Assembly: GCA_963828745.1 (NCBI GenBank)
Contig: CAWHFZ010000010.1
Coordinates: 157,221 to 221,220, forward strand
Direction of reading: 5' to 3'
DNA from: Vicinamibacteria bacterium
GTDB lineage: Bacteria > Acidobacteriota > Vicinamibacteria > Vicinamibacterales > JAENWD01
Length of the DNA: 64,000 nucleotides
A program made the translations under genes and the position numbers. How positions within the stretch are numbered: the stretch's first letter is position 1; each line of letters opens with the position of its first letter. This document shows, piece by piece, positions 1 to 7,686 of the stretch. The notes below the pieces were generated by a model. It had not been told where the DNA came from, searched no databases, and worked only from the letters and a program-made list of their open reading frames with translations.

Positions 1-740
1 CGGCTGACCGGGATTTCCGTCGCCTTCGCGTCCTTCATACGAAGGATGTAATTCCTGCTGAACCAGGGGACTATCTCCTTGATTTTGTTGATGTTGACCA
101 GGTGAGACCGGTGCACCCGCCAGAACACTGCGGGGTCCAACCGTGCCTGCAATTCATCAAGAGTTCTGAAATTGCACGTGCCGGAGACGTGCCCAGTCAC
201 AATATTAATCGACTCGTCGGCCATCGAGGCAAAAATGATGTCCTCGGCCTGCACCAGCAGGAACCGTTCGCCTGCTTTCACGGCGACCTGCTCGGGACGG
301 GTGGTCTTCCTCGCTTCCACGAGTTGGACGATCCGCTCCAGTTGATCGTTCAGGGGGACGTCGGGGACCACCCGCCGCCGGGCCCGCTGGATCGCCGTTT
401 CGACCCTGCCGGCTTCGATGGGCTTCAACAGATAGTCGACGGCGTTCACATCGAAGGCCTCGATTGCGTGCTGGTCGTATGCCGTCACGAAAATGATGGT
501 GACGGGCGGCTCGCGATCGACCAGCTGGCGGGCCAGCTCGAAGCCGGTCAGCCCCGGCATCTGGACGTCGAGGAACACGAGGTCTGGCGTATGCCGGCCG
601 ATGGCGTCCAGAGCTTCAAAGCCGTTGCCCGCCTGGGCGACGACTTCGATGCCGCCGACCTCATCGAGGACGTAACAGAGCTCCTCGCGCGCCAGTTGTT
701 CGTCGTCGACCACCACGGCGCGCAGCAGGCGATCAGGCAC
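1..740 (-). CDS. LytTR-family two-component response regulator (C-terminus cut by window edge)
   Basis: Absent from the ORF track because it runs off the window. Hand translation from GTG (740-738) gives VPDRLLRAVVVDDEQLAREEL..DLVFLDVQMPGLTGFEL (receiver), then VFWRVHRSHLVNINKIKEIVPWF (LytTR motif). The start overlaps the kinase stop by 8 nt. Confidence 0.85.
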   Translation of the reverse strand, partial: MPDRLLRAVVVDDEQLAREELCYVLDEVGGIEVVAQAGNGFEALDAIGRHTPDLVFLDVQMPGLTGFELARQLVDREPPVTIIFVTAYDQHAIEAFDVNAVDYLLKPIEAGRVETAIQRARRRVVPDVPLNDQLERIVQLVEARKTTRPEQVAVKAGERFLLVQAEDIIFASMADESINIVTGHVSGTCNFRTLDELQARLDPAVFWRVHRSHLVNINKIKEIVPWFSRNYILRMKDAKATEIPVS

Positions 741-2049
741 TGGCGCGTTCCTCGGCGACGATGTCGGGGATCTCGAGACGCACCGAGGTGCCGCGCCCGA
801 GCTCGGTTGAGACGCTGACGGCGCTCCGCGCGCCATAGATCACACGCAGACGCTCGTTGACGTTGCTGAGCCCGATGCCGTCGGAGAATGCCGTCTCGCG
901 GCGTTCGTCGGTCATGCCCAGCCCGTCATCGGTTACCTCGACGACCGCGCCGCCTGCGGTGCGTTCGGCGCGGATGGTGATCGTGCCGCCGCCGACCTTG
1001 CGCGAGAGGCCGTGCTTGACGCAGTTCTCGACGAGCGGCTGCAGGATCATGCTCGGAACGAGCACATCGAGCGTGTTGGCGTCGACGTTCGTGCGCACCC
1101 GGAGCTGCGGACCGAATCGAATGACCTCGATGTCGAGGTACTCGTGCGCGGCCTCGAGCTCTTCGCGCAGTGTGACGAAGTGATTCGGATCGCGAAGGCG
1201 TCGGCGGAGGAGCGCCGACAGGCGGTGCACGACCATGCGCGCCGTTTCAGGCTGCGACCGGATGAGGGAAGAGATCGAGGTCAGCGTGTTGAAGAGGAAA
1301 TGCGGGTTGATTTGCGAGGCGAGCGCCGAGATCTTCGCCGCGAGCAGCAACTTCTCCTGTTCCTGGAGGCGATGCTCGATCCGGGCGTTGTTCCAGATCT
1401 TGATCGGCGTGGCGACACAGAGGACCGTTCCAATCAGCACCAGCACGAACGAGGTCGCTGACGGAGCGCTCAGGTAGAACAGCCGGTTAGGACCGAAGCG
1501 CAGACCGATCGCCTGTCGCAGGAGTTCCAGCGCGATTGGGGCGAGAACGAGGATGATCTGCCAGTCGACCTGGAGCCGGCGCGCCATGTGCCAGATCCGG
1601 CGTGGCAGCGCCGAGAAGACGAACGGCGAGAAGTGCCAGATCGCCTCCTTTGGACACAACTCGCGCAGGCCGCCGCCGGCAAACCCGCAGCCCACGGCAA
1701 AGGGCAGCGCGCCCCATTCGCCGGCAATAAGCGCTGGCACCGCCGTGAGCGCTCCGACGATTGCGCCCGAGTAAGGACCCGCGATGAGGCCGACGAGGAA
1801 CGCGCCTTCCAGGGTCAGGTCCGCCGCGTCATAGCGCAGGAGGATCCGGGACGCGACGCCAAGCGTCAGCGGAGCGCCCAGGGCCAGCGACAGGATCAGC
1901 CGATCGGTGAAGGCGCGGCGCTCGAAGATGAGAATGTGTCGAAAGCGCCGGAACCGGACCAGCATCGTCGCCAGGCCGGCCATGACCGCCAGCTTGAAGA
2001 CGAGCGTCGTGAGCAGGAACTGTTCCGGCGGCAGGAAGCGCGGTTCCAC
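733..2049 (-). CDS. LytS/YehU-type sensor histidine kinase
   Basis: 438-aa ORF. The N-terminal half is a hydrophobic multi-TM region. H-box region is INPHFLFNTLTSISSLI, followed by an HATPase_c-like C-terminus (VEVTDDGLGM..GIGLSNVNERL). Translationally coupled to the LytTR regulator. Confidence 0.88.
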   Translation of the reverse strand: MEPRFLPPEQFLLTTLVFKLAVMAGLATMLVRFRRFRHILIFERRAFTDRLILSLALGAPLTLGVASRILLRYDAADLTLEGAFLVGLIAGPYSGAIVGALTAVPALIAGEWGALPFAVGCGFAGGGLRELCPKEAIWHFSPFVFSALPRRIWHMARRLQVDWQIILVLAPIALELLRQAIGLRFGPNRLFYLSAPSATSFVLVLIGTVLCVATPIKIWNNARIEHRLQEQEKLLLAAKISALASQINPHFLFNTLTSISSLIRSQPETARMVVHRLSALLRRRLRDPNHFVTLREELEAAHEYLDIEVIRFGPQLRVRTNVDANTLDVLVPSMILQPLVENCVKHGLSRKVGGGTITIRAERTAGGAVVEVTDDGLGMTDERRETAFSDGIGLSNVNERLRVIYGARSAVSVSTELGRGTSVRLEIPDIVAEERASA

Positions 2050-2112
2050 AGGGGGAATTATCGCCTGAATGCGGCCAAGATGTTATGATCGTGAGGTTTA
2101 CCGGGAGCAGGC

Positions 2113-2562
2113 ATGATTTCCGAGATCATCACGGGCTTTGCCACGACCTTCAAGCACATCTTTCGCAAGCCCATCACGGTGGACTATCCGGACCAGAAGG
2201 TCCCGATGTTCCCCAAGTTCCGCGGCAAGCAAGTCCTGATGCGGGACGAAAACGGCCTCGAGAAATGCGTCGCGTGCGGGCTGTGCGCCGTGGCGTGCCC
2301 GGCGGATGCCATTTACCTGGAGGCGGCGGAGAACGATGGCAGCGTAATGGCCGGCCCGCGCTACGCCAAGGTCTATCAGATTCACAAGACGCGCTGCATC
2401 TTCTGCGGCTATTGCGAAGAGGCGTGCCCGGTGTCGGCCATCTTCATGGGGAAGGACTACGAGACGGCGGTTTACAGCTCGAAGGACTTCATCTGGGACA
2501 AGGCCGATCTGCTGGTCCCGTCCACTGCAGACGCCAAAGCGCCGCCAGTTTCTGCGCAGTAG
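2113..2562 (+). CDS. nuoI: NuoI-like 2x[4Fe-4S] ferredoxin (NADH-quinone oxidoreductase subunit I family), not in a nuo operon here
   Basis: 149 aa with two CxxCxxCxxxCP motifs (CVACGLCAVACP, CIFCGYCEEACP) and a NuoI-type N-terminus (GFATTFKHIFRKPITVDYPDQK). Confidence 0.8.
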   Translation: MISEIITGFATTFKHIFRKPITVDYPDQKVPMFPKFRGKQVLMRDENGLEKCVACGLCAVACPADAIYLEAAENDGSVMAGPRYAKVYQIHKTRCIFCGYCEEACPVSAIFMGKDYETAVYSSKDFIWDKADLLVPSTADAKAPPVSAQ

Positions 2563-2645
2563 GCGCGGCTTTTTGTCCGCAGGAGCGCCCGACTGTTCAG
2601 TCGGCCCATTGTCTGGCCGCCCTGATGGGCGGCCCTCCTGCAGGT
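2558..2645. repeat. compound hairpin cluster (REP-like) between the nuoI-like stop and the next gene
   Basis: GTAGGCGCGGC overlaps the nuoI TAG. Hairpins: CCGACTG-TT-CAGTCGG (2589-2604) and GGCCGCCC-TGAT-GGGCGGCC (2615-2634). Both are enclosed by GCAGGAGCGCC / GGCCCTCCTGC, which pair with one mismatch. Confidence 0.45.
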
Positions 2646-2661
2646 TCGGATCGACATCGCA

Positions 2662-4500
2662 TTGAACCCACCCTTTCTGGAAGCGATCGAACGGCGTGTC
2701 CTCGTCTGTGACGGCGCGATGGGCACGATGCTGTACGCGAAGGGCGTATTCATCAACCGCTCGTTCGATGCCTTGAATCTCGCCCAGCCCGACCTCGTCG
2801 TCGAGGTCCACCGCGAATACATCCGCGCTGGCGCTGACGTGATCGAGTCGAACACGTTCGGCGCCAATGCCGTCAAGCTTGGCGCCTTCGGCCTCGCCGA
2901 TAAGCTGGCGGAGATCAACGTCGCCGGCGCACGCCTGGCGCGCCAGGCCGCCCGGAACCAGGTGTACGTCGCCGGCGCAATCGGCCCGCTCGGCATCCGC
3001 ATCGAGCCGTGGGGCAAGATGAGCGTGGACGAGGCCACCGCGCTCTTCCGCGCACAGGCCGCCGCGCTGGCCGACGGTGGCGTCGATCTGTTCATCCTCG
3101 AGACGTTCCGCGACATCAACGAGCTCGCCGCCGCGATCGCGGCGGTGCGCGGCGTGTGCGACGTGCCGATCGTCGCGCAGATGACGACCGAGGAAGATGG
3201 CGACAGTCTCGACGGCATGCCGCCAGAGGAGTTCGTGCCGCAGCTCGATCGCTTGTCCGCGGATGTGATCGGCGTGAACTGCAGCGTCGGACCGGCGCCG
3301 ATGCTCGAAACCATCGAGCGTATGGCGCGTGTCACGACCAAGCGCCTGTCGGCTCAGCCGAACGCCGGACGCCCGCGTGACATCGAGGGCCGCAACATCT
3401 ATCTGTCGTCGCCCGAATACATGGCGTCCTACGCCCGCCGTTTCGTTCAGCGAGGCGTGCGCCTGGTCGGGGGCTGCTGCGGCACGACTCCCGAGCACAT
3501 CCGGCAGATCCATCACGCCGTGCGATCGCTCGCCCCGGCGGGGGAGCGTGTGGCGGTGAGCGCCGCGACCGGCACCGCCGACGCGTCGCTCGAGCCGCCA
3601 ATCGAACGCGCGGCCAAATCGCGGCTGGCCCGTTCGCTCGCCGAAGGCCGCTGCGTCGTGACCGTGGAGCTTCAGCCGCCGAAGGGCCACGACCCGGCCG
3701 AAGCGCTCGCCGATGTCGAGAAGTTCGGCGGCTACGGCGTCGCCGCGATCGCAATTACCGATGGTCTGAAGAGCGGCGCGCGGATGAGCGCGCTGTCACT
3801 GGCAATGCTGATTCGGCAGCACGCCGGCATCGAGCCGGTCCTGCAGTACGCCTGCCGCGATCGGTACCTCCTCGGCATGCAGTCCGATCTGCTCGGCGCG
3901 CACGCGGTCGGCGTCCGCAACCTGGTGCTGTTCACCGGCGATCCGCGGAAGAGCGGGGATTATTCCGACGCGACGCTCGTCTTCGACGTCGATTCGATTG
4001 GCCTGACGAATGCGGTCTCGCGCCTGAATCACGGCCGCGACGTCGGCGGCCAGCCGATCGGGCGGCCGACGGCCTTCCACATCGGCGTGGTGGCGAATCC
4101 AACCGCGCCGCGAGTCGACGAGGAAGTGCGGCGCTTCGTCTACAAGGTCGAGGCAGGAGCCGAGTTCGCGGTGACGCAGCCGATCTATGACATCGACGCG
4201 CTCGACCGTTTTCTCGATCTGACCGAAACGGCCCGCGTCCCGTTGATTGCCGCCATCCGGCCGTTCGAAAGCCTGTTGCATGCGGAATATCTCGCGAACG
4301 AGGTGCCGAACGTGCGCGTGCCGGATGCGCTGATCGATCGGATGCGCCGGGCTGATGCGCTTGGTGGTGCCGTGGATGAGGGCGTTACCATTGCGTTGGA
4401 GCTTGCCGAGAAGGCCCGCACGCGCGTCCAAGGGGTGCAGTTGAGCGGTGTGCCCTCGGCCGTGGTGGCGGTTTTAACCAACCTCGGCACCCGGGCGTAG
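2662..4500 (+). CDS. bifunctional homocysteine S-methyltransferase / 5,10-methylenetetrahydrofolate reductase (YitJ-like fusion)
   Basis: 612 aa with a TTG start. The N-terminal S-methyltransferase domain shows VLVCDGAMGTMLY, IESNTFGAN and GGCCGTTPEHI. The C-terminal MTHFR-like domain shows VTVELQPPKG..ITDG..NLVLFTGDP..FAVTQPIYD. Confidence 0.82.
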   Translation: MNPPFLEAIERRVLVCDGAMGTMLYAKGVFINRSFDALNLAQPDLVVEVHREYIRAGADVIESNTFGANAVKLGAFGLADKLAEINVAGARLARQAARNQVYVAGAIGPLGIRIEPWGKMSVDEATALFRAQAAALADGGVDLFILETFRDINELAAAIAAVRGVCDVPIVAQMTTEEDGDSLDGMPPEEFVPQLDRLSADVIGVNCSVGPAPMLETIERMARVTTKRLSAQPNAGRPRDIEGRNIYLSSPEYMASYARRFVQRGVRLVGGCCGTTPEHIRQIHHAVRSLAPAGERVAVSAATGTADASLEPPIERAAKSRLARSLAEGRCVVTVELQPPKGHDPAEALADVEKFGGYGVAAIAITDGLKSGARMSALSLAMLIRQHAGIEPVLQYACRDRYLLGMQSDLLGAHAVGVRNLVLFTGDPRKSGDYSDATLVFDVDSIGLTNAVSRLNHGRDVGGQPIGRPTAFHIGVVANPTAPRVDEEVRRFVYKVEAGAEFAVTQPIYDIDALDRFLDLTETARVPLIAAIRPFESLLHAEYLANEVPNVRVPDALIDRMRRADALGGAVDEGVTIALELAEKARTRVQGVQLSGVPSAVVAVLTNLGTRA

Positions 4501-4513
4501 CCGAACTGCGATA

Positions 4514-4622
4514 GCGGACCTGATGGTCCGCAGTTGACCATATGTAGGGCGGACCTTCAGGTCCGCCATTCGCCGAGACAGCGCGTGTTTGACCAGATGT
4601 AGGGTGGACCTTCAGGTCCGCC
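4514..4622. repeat. REP-like hairpin cluster (3 copies)
   Basis: GCGGACC-TGAT-GGTCCGC (4514-4531), TGTAGGGCGGACC-TTCA-GGTCCGCC (4543-4567) and TGTAGGGTGGACC-TTCA-GGTCCGCC (4599-4622). Confidence 0.8.
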
Positions 4623-4741
4623 GTTCGCGCCTTCGCTGCGGTAAAGCTTGTTTACGAGTTGCAGCCGAAGGTATAGTCCGATAAGTCCGCGGGTGGCAGC
4701 ACGATGGCCCAGGCCCCGCAAATCCGGAGGAAACGGCGCCC

Positions 4742-5443
4742 ATGGCACTGTTCGACCGAAGCGGCAGGGCAGATGAAGAATACGTGGCCTCGTCCGACGT
4801 CGCGACCCGCGCGCTGTCGGTCACGGCCGTTGAAACCGACTTCGTCGCCGGCGTCTACGAGAAGCTGGCGTCGATCTACGACATCGTGTTCGGCCCGACG
4901 CTTCACGCGGGGCGCCTCCAGGCGCTCAAGCGAATGGCGATTGCTCCCGGCGATCGCGTGCTCGAAGTTGGGGTCGGAACCGGCATCAATTTGATGCTGT
5001 ATCCGCGGGATTGCAAGGTAACCGGCGTCGATCTCTCGGACTCGATGCTCGAGAAGGCGCACGAGCGTGTGGCGAAGAACGGGCTGCGCGATGTCCGGCT
5101 GCTTCAGATGGATGCCTCGGCGCTGACGTTTCCGGACGAATCGTTCGACATCGTCTACGCGCCGTATCTCGTCAGCGTCGTTCCAGACCCGGTCACAGTC
5201 GCGCTCGAGATGCGTCGTGTCTGCCGTCCCGGCGGGCGCGTGATCATCCTCAATCATTTCCGCAGTTCCAATCCGATCGTCTCGTGGGCCGAGCGCTCGA
5301 TCTCCCCGCTGACGGTCCATATCGGGTTCAAGTCGGACCTCGATCTCCCTGCGTTCCTCGCCCAGGCGGAGCTTCATCCCGTCTCGATCGAGAAGGTGAA
5401 TATCCCGCCAATCTGGTCGCTCGTCACGTGTATTAAGGACTAG
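4742..5443 (+). CDS. class I SAM-dependent methyltransferase (UbiE/PmtA-like)
   Basis: 233 aa. SAM motif I is VLEVGVGTGINL. Also GVDLSDSMLEKA, FDIVYAPYLVSVVPDP and PGGRVIILNH. Confidence 0.8.
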   Translation: MALFDRSGRADEEYVASSDVATRALSVTAVETDFVAGVYEKLASIYDIVFGPTLHAGRLQALKRMAIAPGDRVLEVGVGTGINLMLYPRDCKVTGVDLSDSMLEKAHERVAKNGLRDVRLLQMDASALTFPDESFDIVYAPYLVSVVPDPVTVALEMRRVCRPGGRVIILNHFRSSNPIVSWAERSISPLTVHIGFKSDLDLPAFLAQAELHPVSIEKVNIPPIWSLVTCIKD

Positions 5444-5474
5444 CGAACTCAGGTGCGGCGGTGCCACTGGCGCG

Positions 5475-5578
5475 TCGCTGCACCGTCACCGTTTGCCCTG
5501 ACGCACCGGTCGCACTGACGCACCCGTTGCACTGACGCACCTGTCGCACCCGTCGCACCTGTACCACCCGCCGCACCC
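5475..5578 (+). repeat. degenerate tandem 9-mer array (CGCACCTGT-like units)
   Basis: gcaccgtcacc..gacgcaccggtcgcactgacgcacccgttgcactgacgcacctgtcgcacccgtcgcacctgtaccacccgccgcaccc. The same unit and orientation occur at 18631-18696 and 25016-25089. Confidence 0.75.
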
Positions 5579-5610
5579 TGAGCGCATTGTGGCGTGGTAA
5601 GTTACGCGCC

Positions 5611-7623
5611 ATGACTTCAGGACGACTCTTCCGCCGAGGCGCCGGCGTCGGTCTCGTGATCGCTTTCGCGTGTGCGGGATGGGCTCTCTCGGCCCGCGAG
5701 CCCGGTCGGGCGACGCAGGACGTGGTGACGCTCGACATCAGCAAGCCAGGTCCGCCGATCTCGCCGACGATGTATGGTGTCTTCTTCGAGGACATCAACT
5801 TCGCGGCTGACGGCGGGTTGTACCCGGAGTTGGTGAAAAACCGATCGTTCGAGTTCACCGAGCCGCTGTACGCATGGCGGCGTGTGTGGCGTGACGGCGT
5901 GGATGGCGAGCTCACGATTCGCAGCGACGCACCGCTCAACGATCAGAACACGCACTATCTCCGCCTGCGTGTGTACTCTGCCGACGGCGGGTACGGCCTC
6001 GTCAACTCGGGATTCCGGGGAATGGGTGTCCACACCGGGCGCGAGTACGTGCTGTCGGCGTTCGTGCGCATCCACACGCCCGGGACGCAAACCTTGTCGG
6101 CGCGGCTGACCGACGAGAAGGACCAGCCGCTGGCGGAGGCAACGCTCAGCGGATTCAGCGATCAGTGGAAGCGCTACGAAGCGACGCTGCGGCCGTCGTC
6201 GACCAATCCCCGTACCCAGCTCGAGATTATGGCCAGCGGGAAAGGCGAGATCGACATCGACATGGTGTCGCTCTATCCGAAAGAGACGTGGCAGAACCGG
6301 CCCAACGGTCTCCGCAAGGATCTCGTGCAGTTGCTCGCCGACATGAAGCCCGGTTTCATCCGCTTCCCCGGCGGCTGCATCGTGGAAGGGCGGCGCCTGG
6401 AGCTTCGCTACGACTGGAAGAAGACCGTCGGCGAAATCGCCGAGCGAAAGGCGCTGGTCAACCGCTGGAACGACGAATTCAGTCATCGCCCTGCGCCCGA
6501 CTACTTCCAGTCGTTCGGCCTCGGGTTCTTCGAGTATTTCCAGCTGGCGGAAGACGTCGGCGCCACGCCGCTGCCCATCGTCAATTGTGGCATGGCGTGC
6601 CAGTTCAATTCGGCCGAGACGGCGCCGCTCGACGCGCTCGATCCGTTCGTGCAGGACGCCCTTGACTTGATCGCTTTCGCCAATGGGCCCGTCGAGAGCC
6701 GGTGGGGCAAGTTGCGCGCGCAGATGGGCCATCCGGCGCCGTTCAATCTGAAGATGGTCGGTATCGGGAACGAGCAGTGGGGGCCGCGGTACGTCGAGCG
6801 GTACAAGCGATTTGCTGAAGCCTTGAAAAAGGCGCATCCCGAGATCGCGCTCGTCTCGAGCGCCGGCCCCGGTTCGTCGGGCAAGGAATTCGAATATCTG
6901 TGGACCAATCTGCGGCAGCTGAAGGCCGACATCATCGACGAGCACTACTACATGGCGCCGCGCTGGTTCCTCGAGAACGCGCATCGTTACGACGGCTACG
7001 ATCGCAGCGGTCCCAAGGTCTTCGCCGGCGAATATGCCGCGCAAACATCCGGCGTGGCGAAGCCGGACAACCGCAACAACTGGGAAGGAGCGCTCGCCGA
7101 GGCTGCGTTCATCACCGGCCTGGAGCGGAACGCCGATGTCGTGTCGATGGCGTCTTACGCACCACTCTTCGCGCACGTCGATGCCTGGCAGTGGACGCCG
7201 AACCTGATCTGGTTCGACAACCTGCGTTCGTTCGGCACGCCCAACTACTACGTCCAGAAGCTGTATGCGACGAATCTCGGAACGCACGTCCTGCGCGTGA
7301 ACGTCAACGGCTCCGAAAAGAACGCCGACAACGGCCTTTACACGAGCGCGTCACTGGATCAGAAGAACGGTGACGTGATCTTCAAGGCGGTGAATGCCAC
7401 AGCAACGGCACGGACCGTCCGCGTCGATCTCAAGGGCATCGCCGGCGTCAAGGGTGACGGCCGCGTGATAGTGCTTGCCTCCGACGATCTGAAGGCCGAG
7501 AACAGCCTCGAGCAGCCGACACGCGTGGCCCCGGCCGACAAGCCCCTTGCCGCGTCGTCGGGTGGGTTCGATCTCACACTGCAACCGCAATCGTTCACGG
7601 TGTTGCGAGCCAAGGTCATGTAG
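5611..7623 (+). CDS. GH51-like alpha-L-arabinofuranosidase with signal peptide
   Basis: ATG at 5611 (the ORF track uses an upstream TTG at 5587). Signal-like MTSGRLFRRGAGVGLVIAFACAGWALS. Motifs ISPTMYGVFFEDINFAADGGLYPELVKNRSFE, FIRFPGGC and VGIGNEQWG (catalytic GNE). Confidence 0.85.
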   Translation: MTSGRLFRRGAGVGLVIAFACAGWALSAREPGRATQDVVTLDISKPGPPISPTMYGVFFEDINFAADGGLYPELVKNRSFEFTEPLYAWRRVWRDGVDGELTIRSDAPLNDQNTHYLRLRVYSADGGYGLVNSGFRGMGVHTGREYVLSAFVRIHTPGTQTLSARLTDEKDQPLAEATLSGFSDQWKRYEATLRPSSTNPRTQLEIMASGKGEIDIDMVSLYPKETWQNRPNGLRKDLVQLLADMKPGFIRFPGGCIVEGRRLELRYDWKKTVGEIAERKALVNRWNDEFSHRPAPDYFQSFGLGFFEYFQLAEDVGATPLPIVNCGMACQFNSAETAPLDALDPFVQDALDLIAFANGPVESRWGKLRAQMGHPAPFNLKMVGIGNEQWGPRYVERYKRFAEALKKAHPEIALVSSAGPGSSGKEFEYLWTNLRQLKADIIDEHYYMAPRWFLENAHRYDGYDRSGPKVFAGEYAAQTSGVAKPDNRNNWEGALAEAAFITGLERNADVVSMASYAPLFAHVDAWQWTPNLIWFDNLRSFGTPNYYVQKLYATNLGTHVLRVNVNGSEKNADNGLYTSASLDQKNGDVIFKAVNATATARTVRVDLKGIAGVKGDGRVIVLASDDLKAENSLEQPTRVAPADKPLAASSGGFDLTLQPQSFTVLRAKVM

Positions 7624-7686
7624 GCCGGACTTTCCTACACGTGCCGCGTTGTCGTGGATCGGCGGCGCGTGGGTTAGCATCGCGGC

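Noticed and set aside
102-818. 238-aa plus-strand ORF
   Set aside because: It lies entirely antisense to the clearly recognisable LytTR response regulator. Its composition is Arg/Gly/Pro-rich, as is typical of out-of-frame reading of GC-rich genes, and it has no motif.
2576-2645. SAH or SAM riboswitch upstream of the homocysteine methyltransferase/MTHFR gene
   Set aside because: An AGGAGCGC segment resembles part of the SAH element as I recall its consensus. However, the required downstream complementary GCGCUC-type segment and the other conserved positions are not present, and no SAM-I core is visible. I kept this only as a low-interest structural note.
2098-3690. 530-aa minus-strand ORF. 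Similar long antisense ORFs: 4652-5467, 5617-7287, 7351-8925, 25149-25910, 26064-26771, 27088-27933, 28330-29943, 36399-37277, 37297-38469, 39555-40541, 55904-56845, 56821-57492, 61809-62882.
   Set aside because: Each lies opposite a gene with strong family motifs, is Arg/Ala/Gly/Pro-rich and has no recognisable domain. High GC content suppresses stop codons in non-coding frames.
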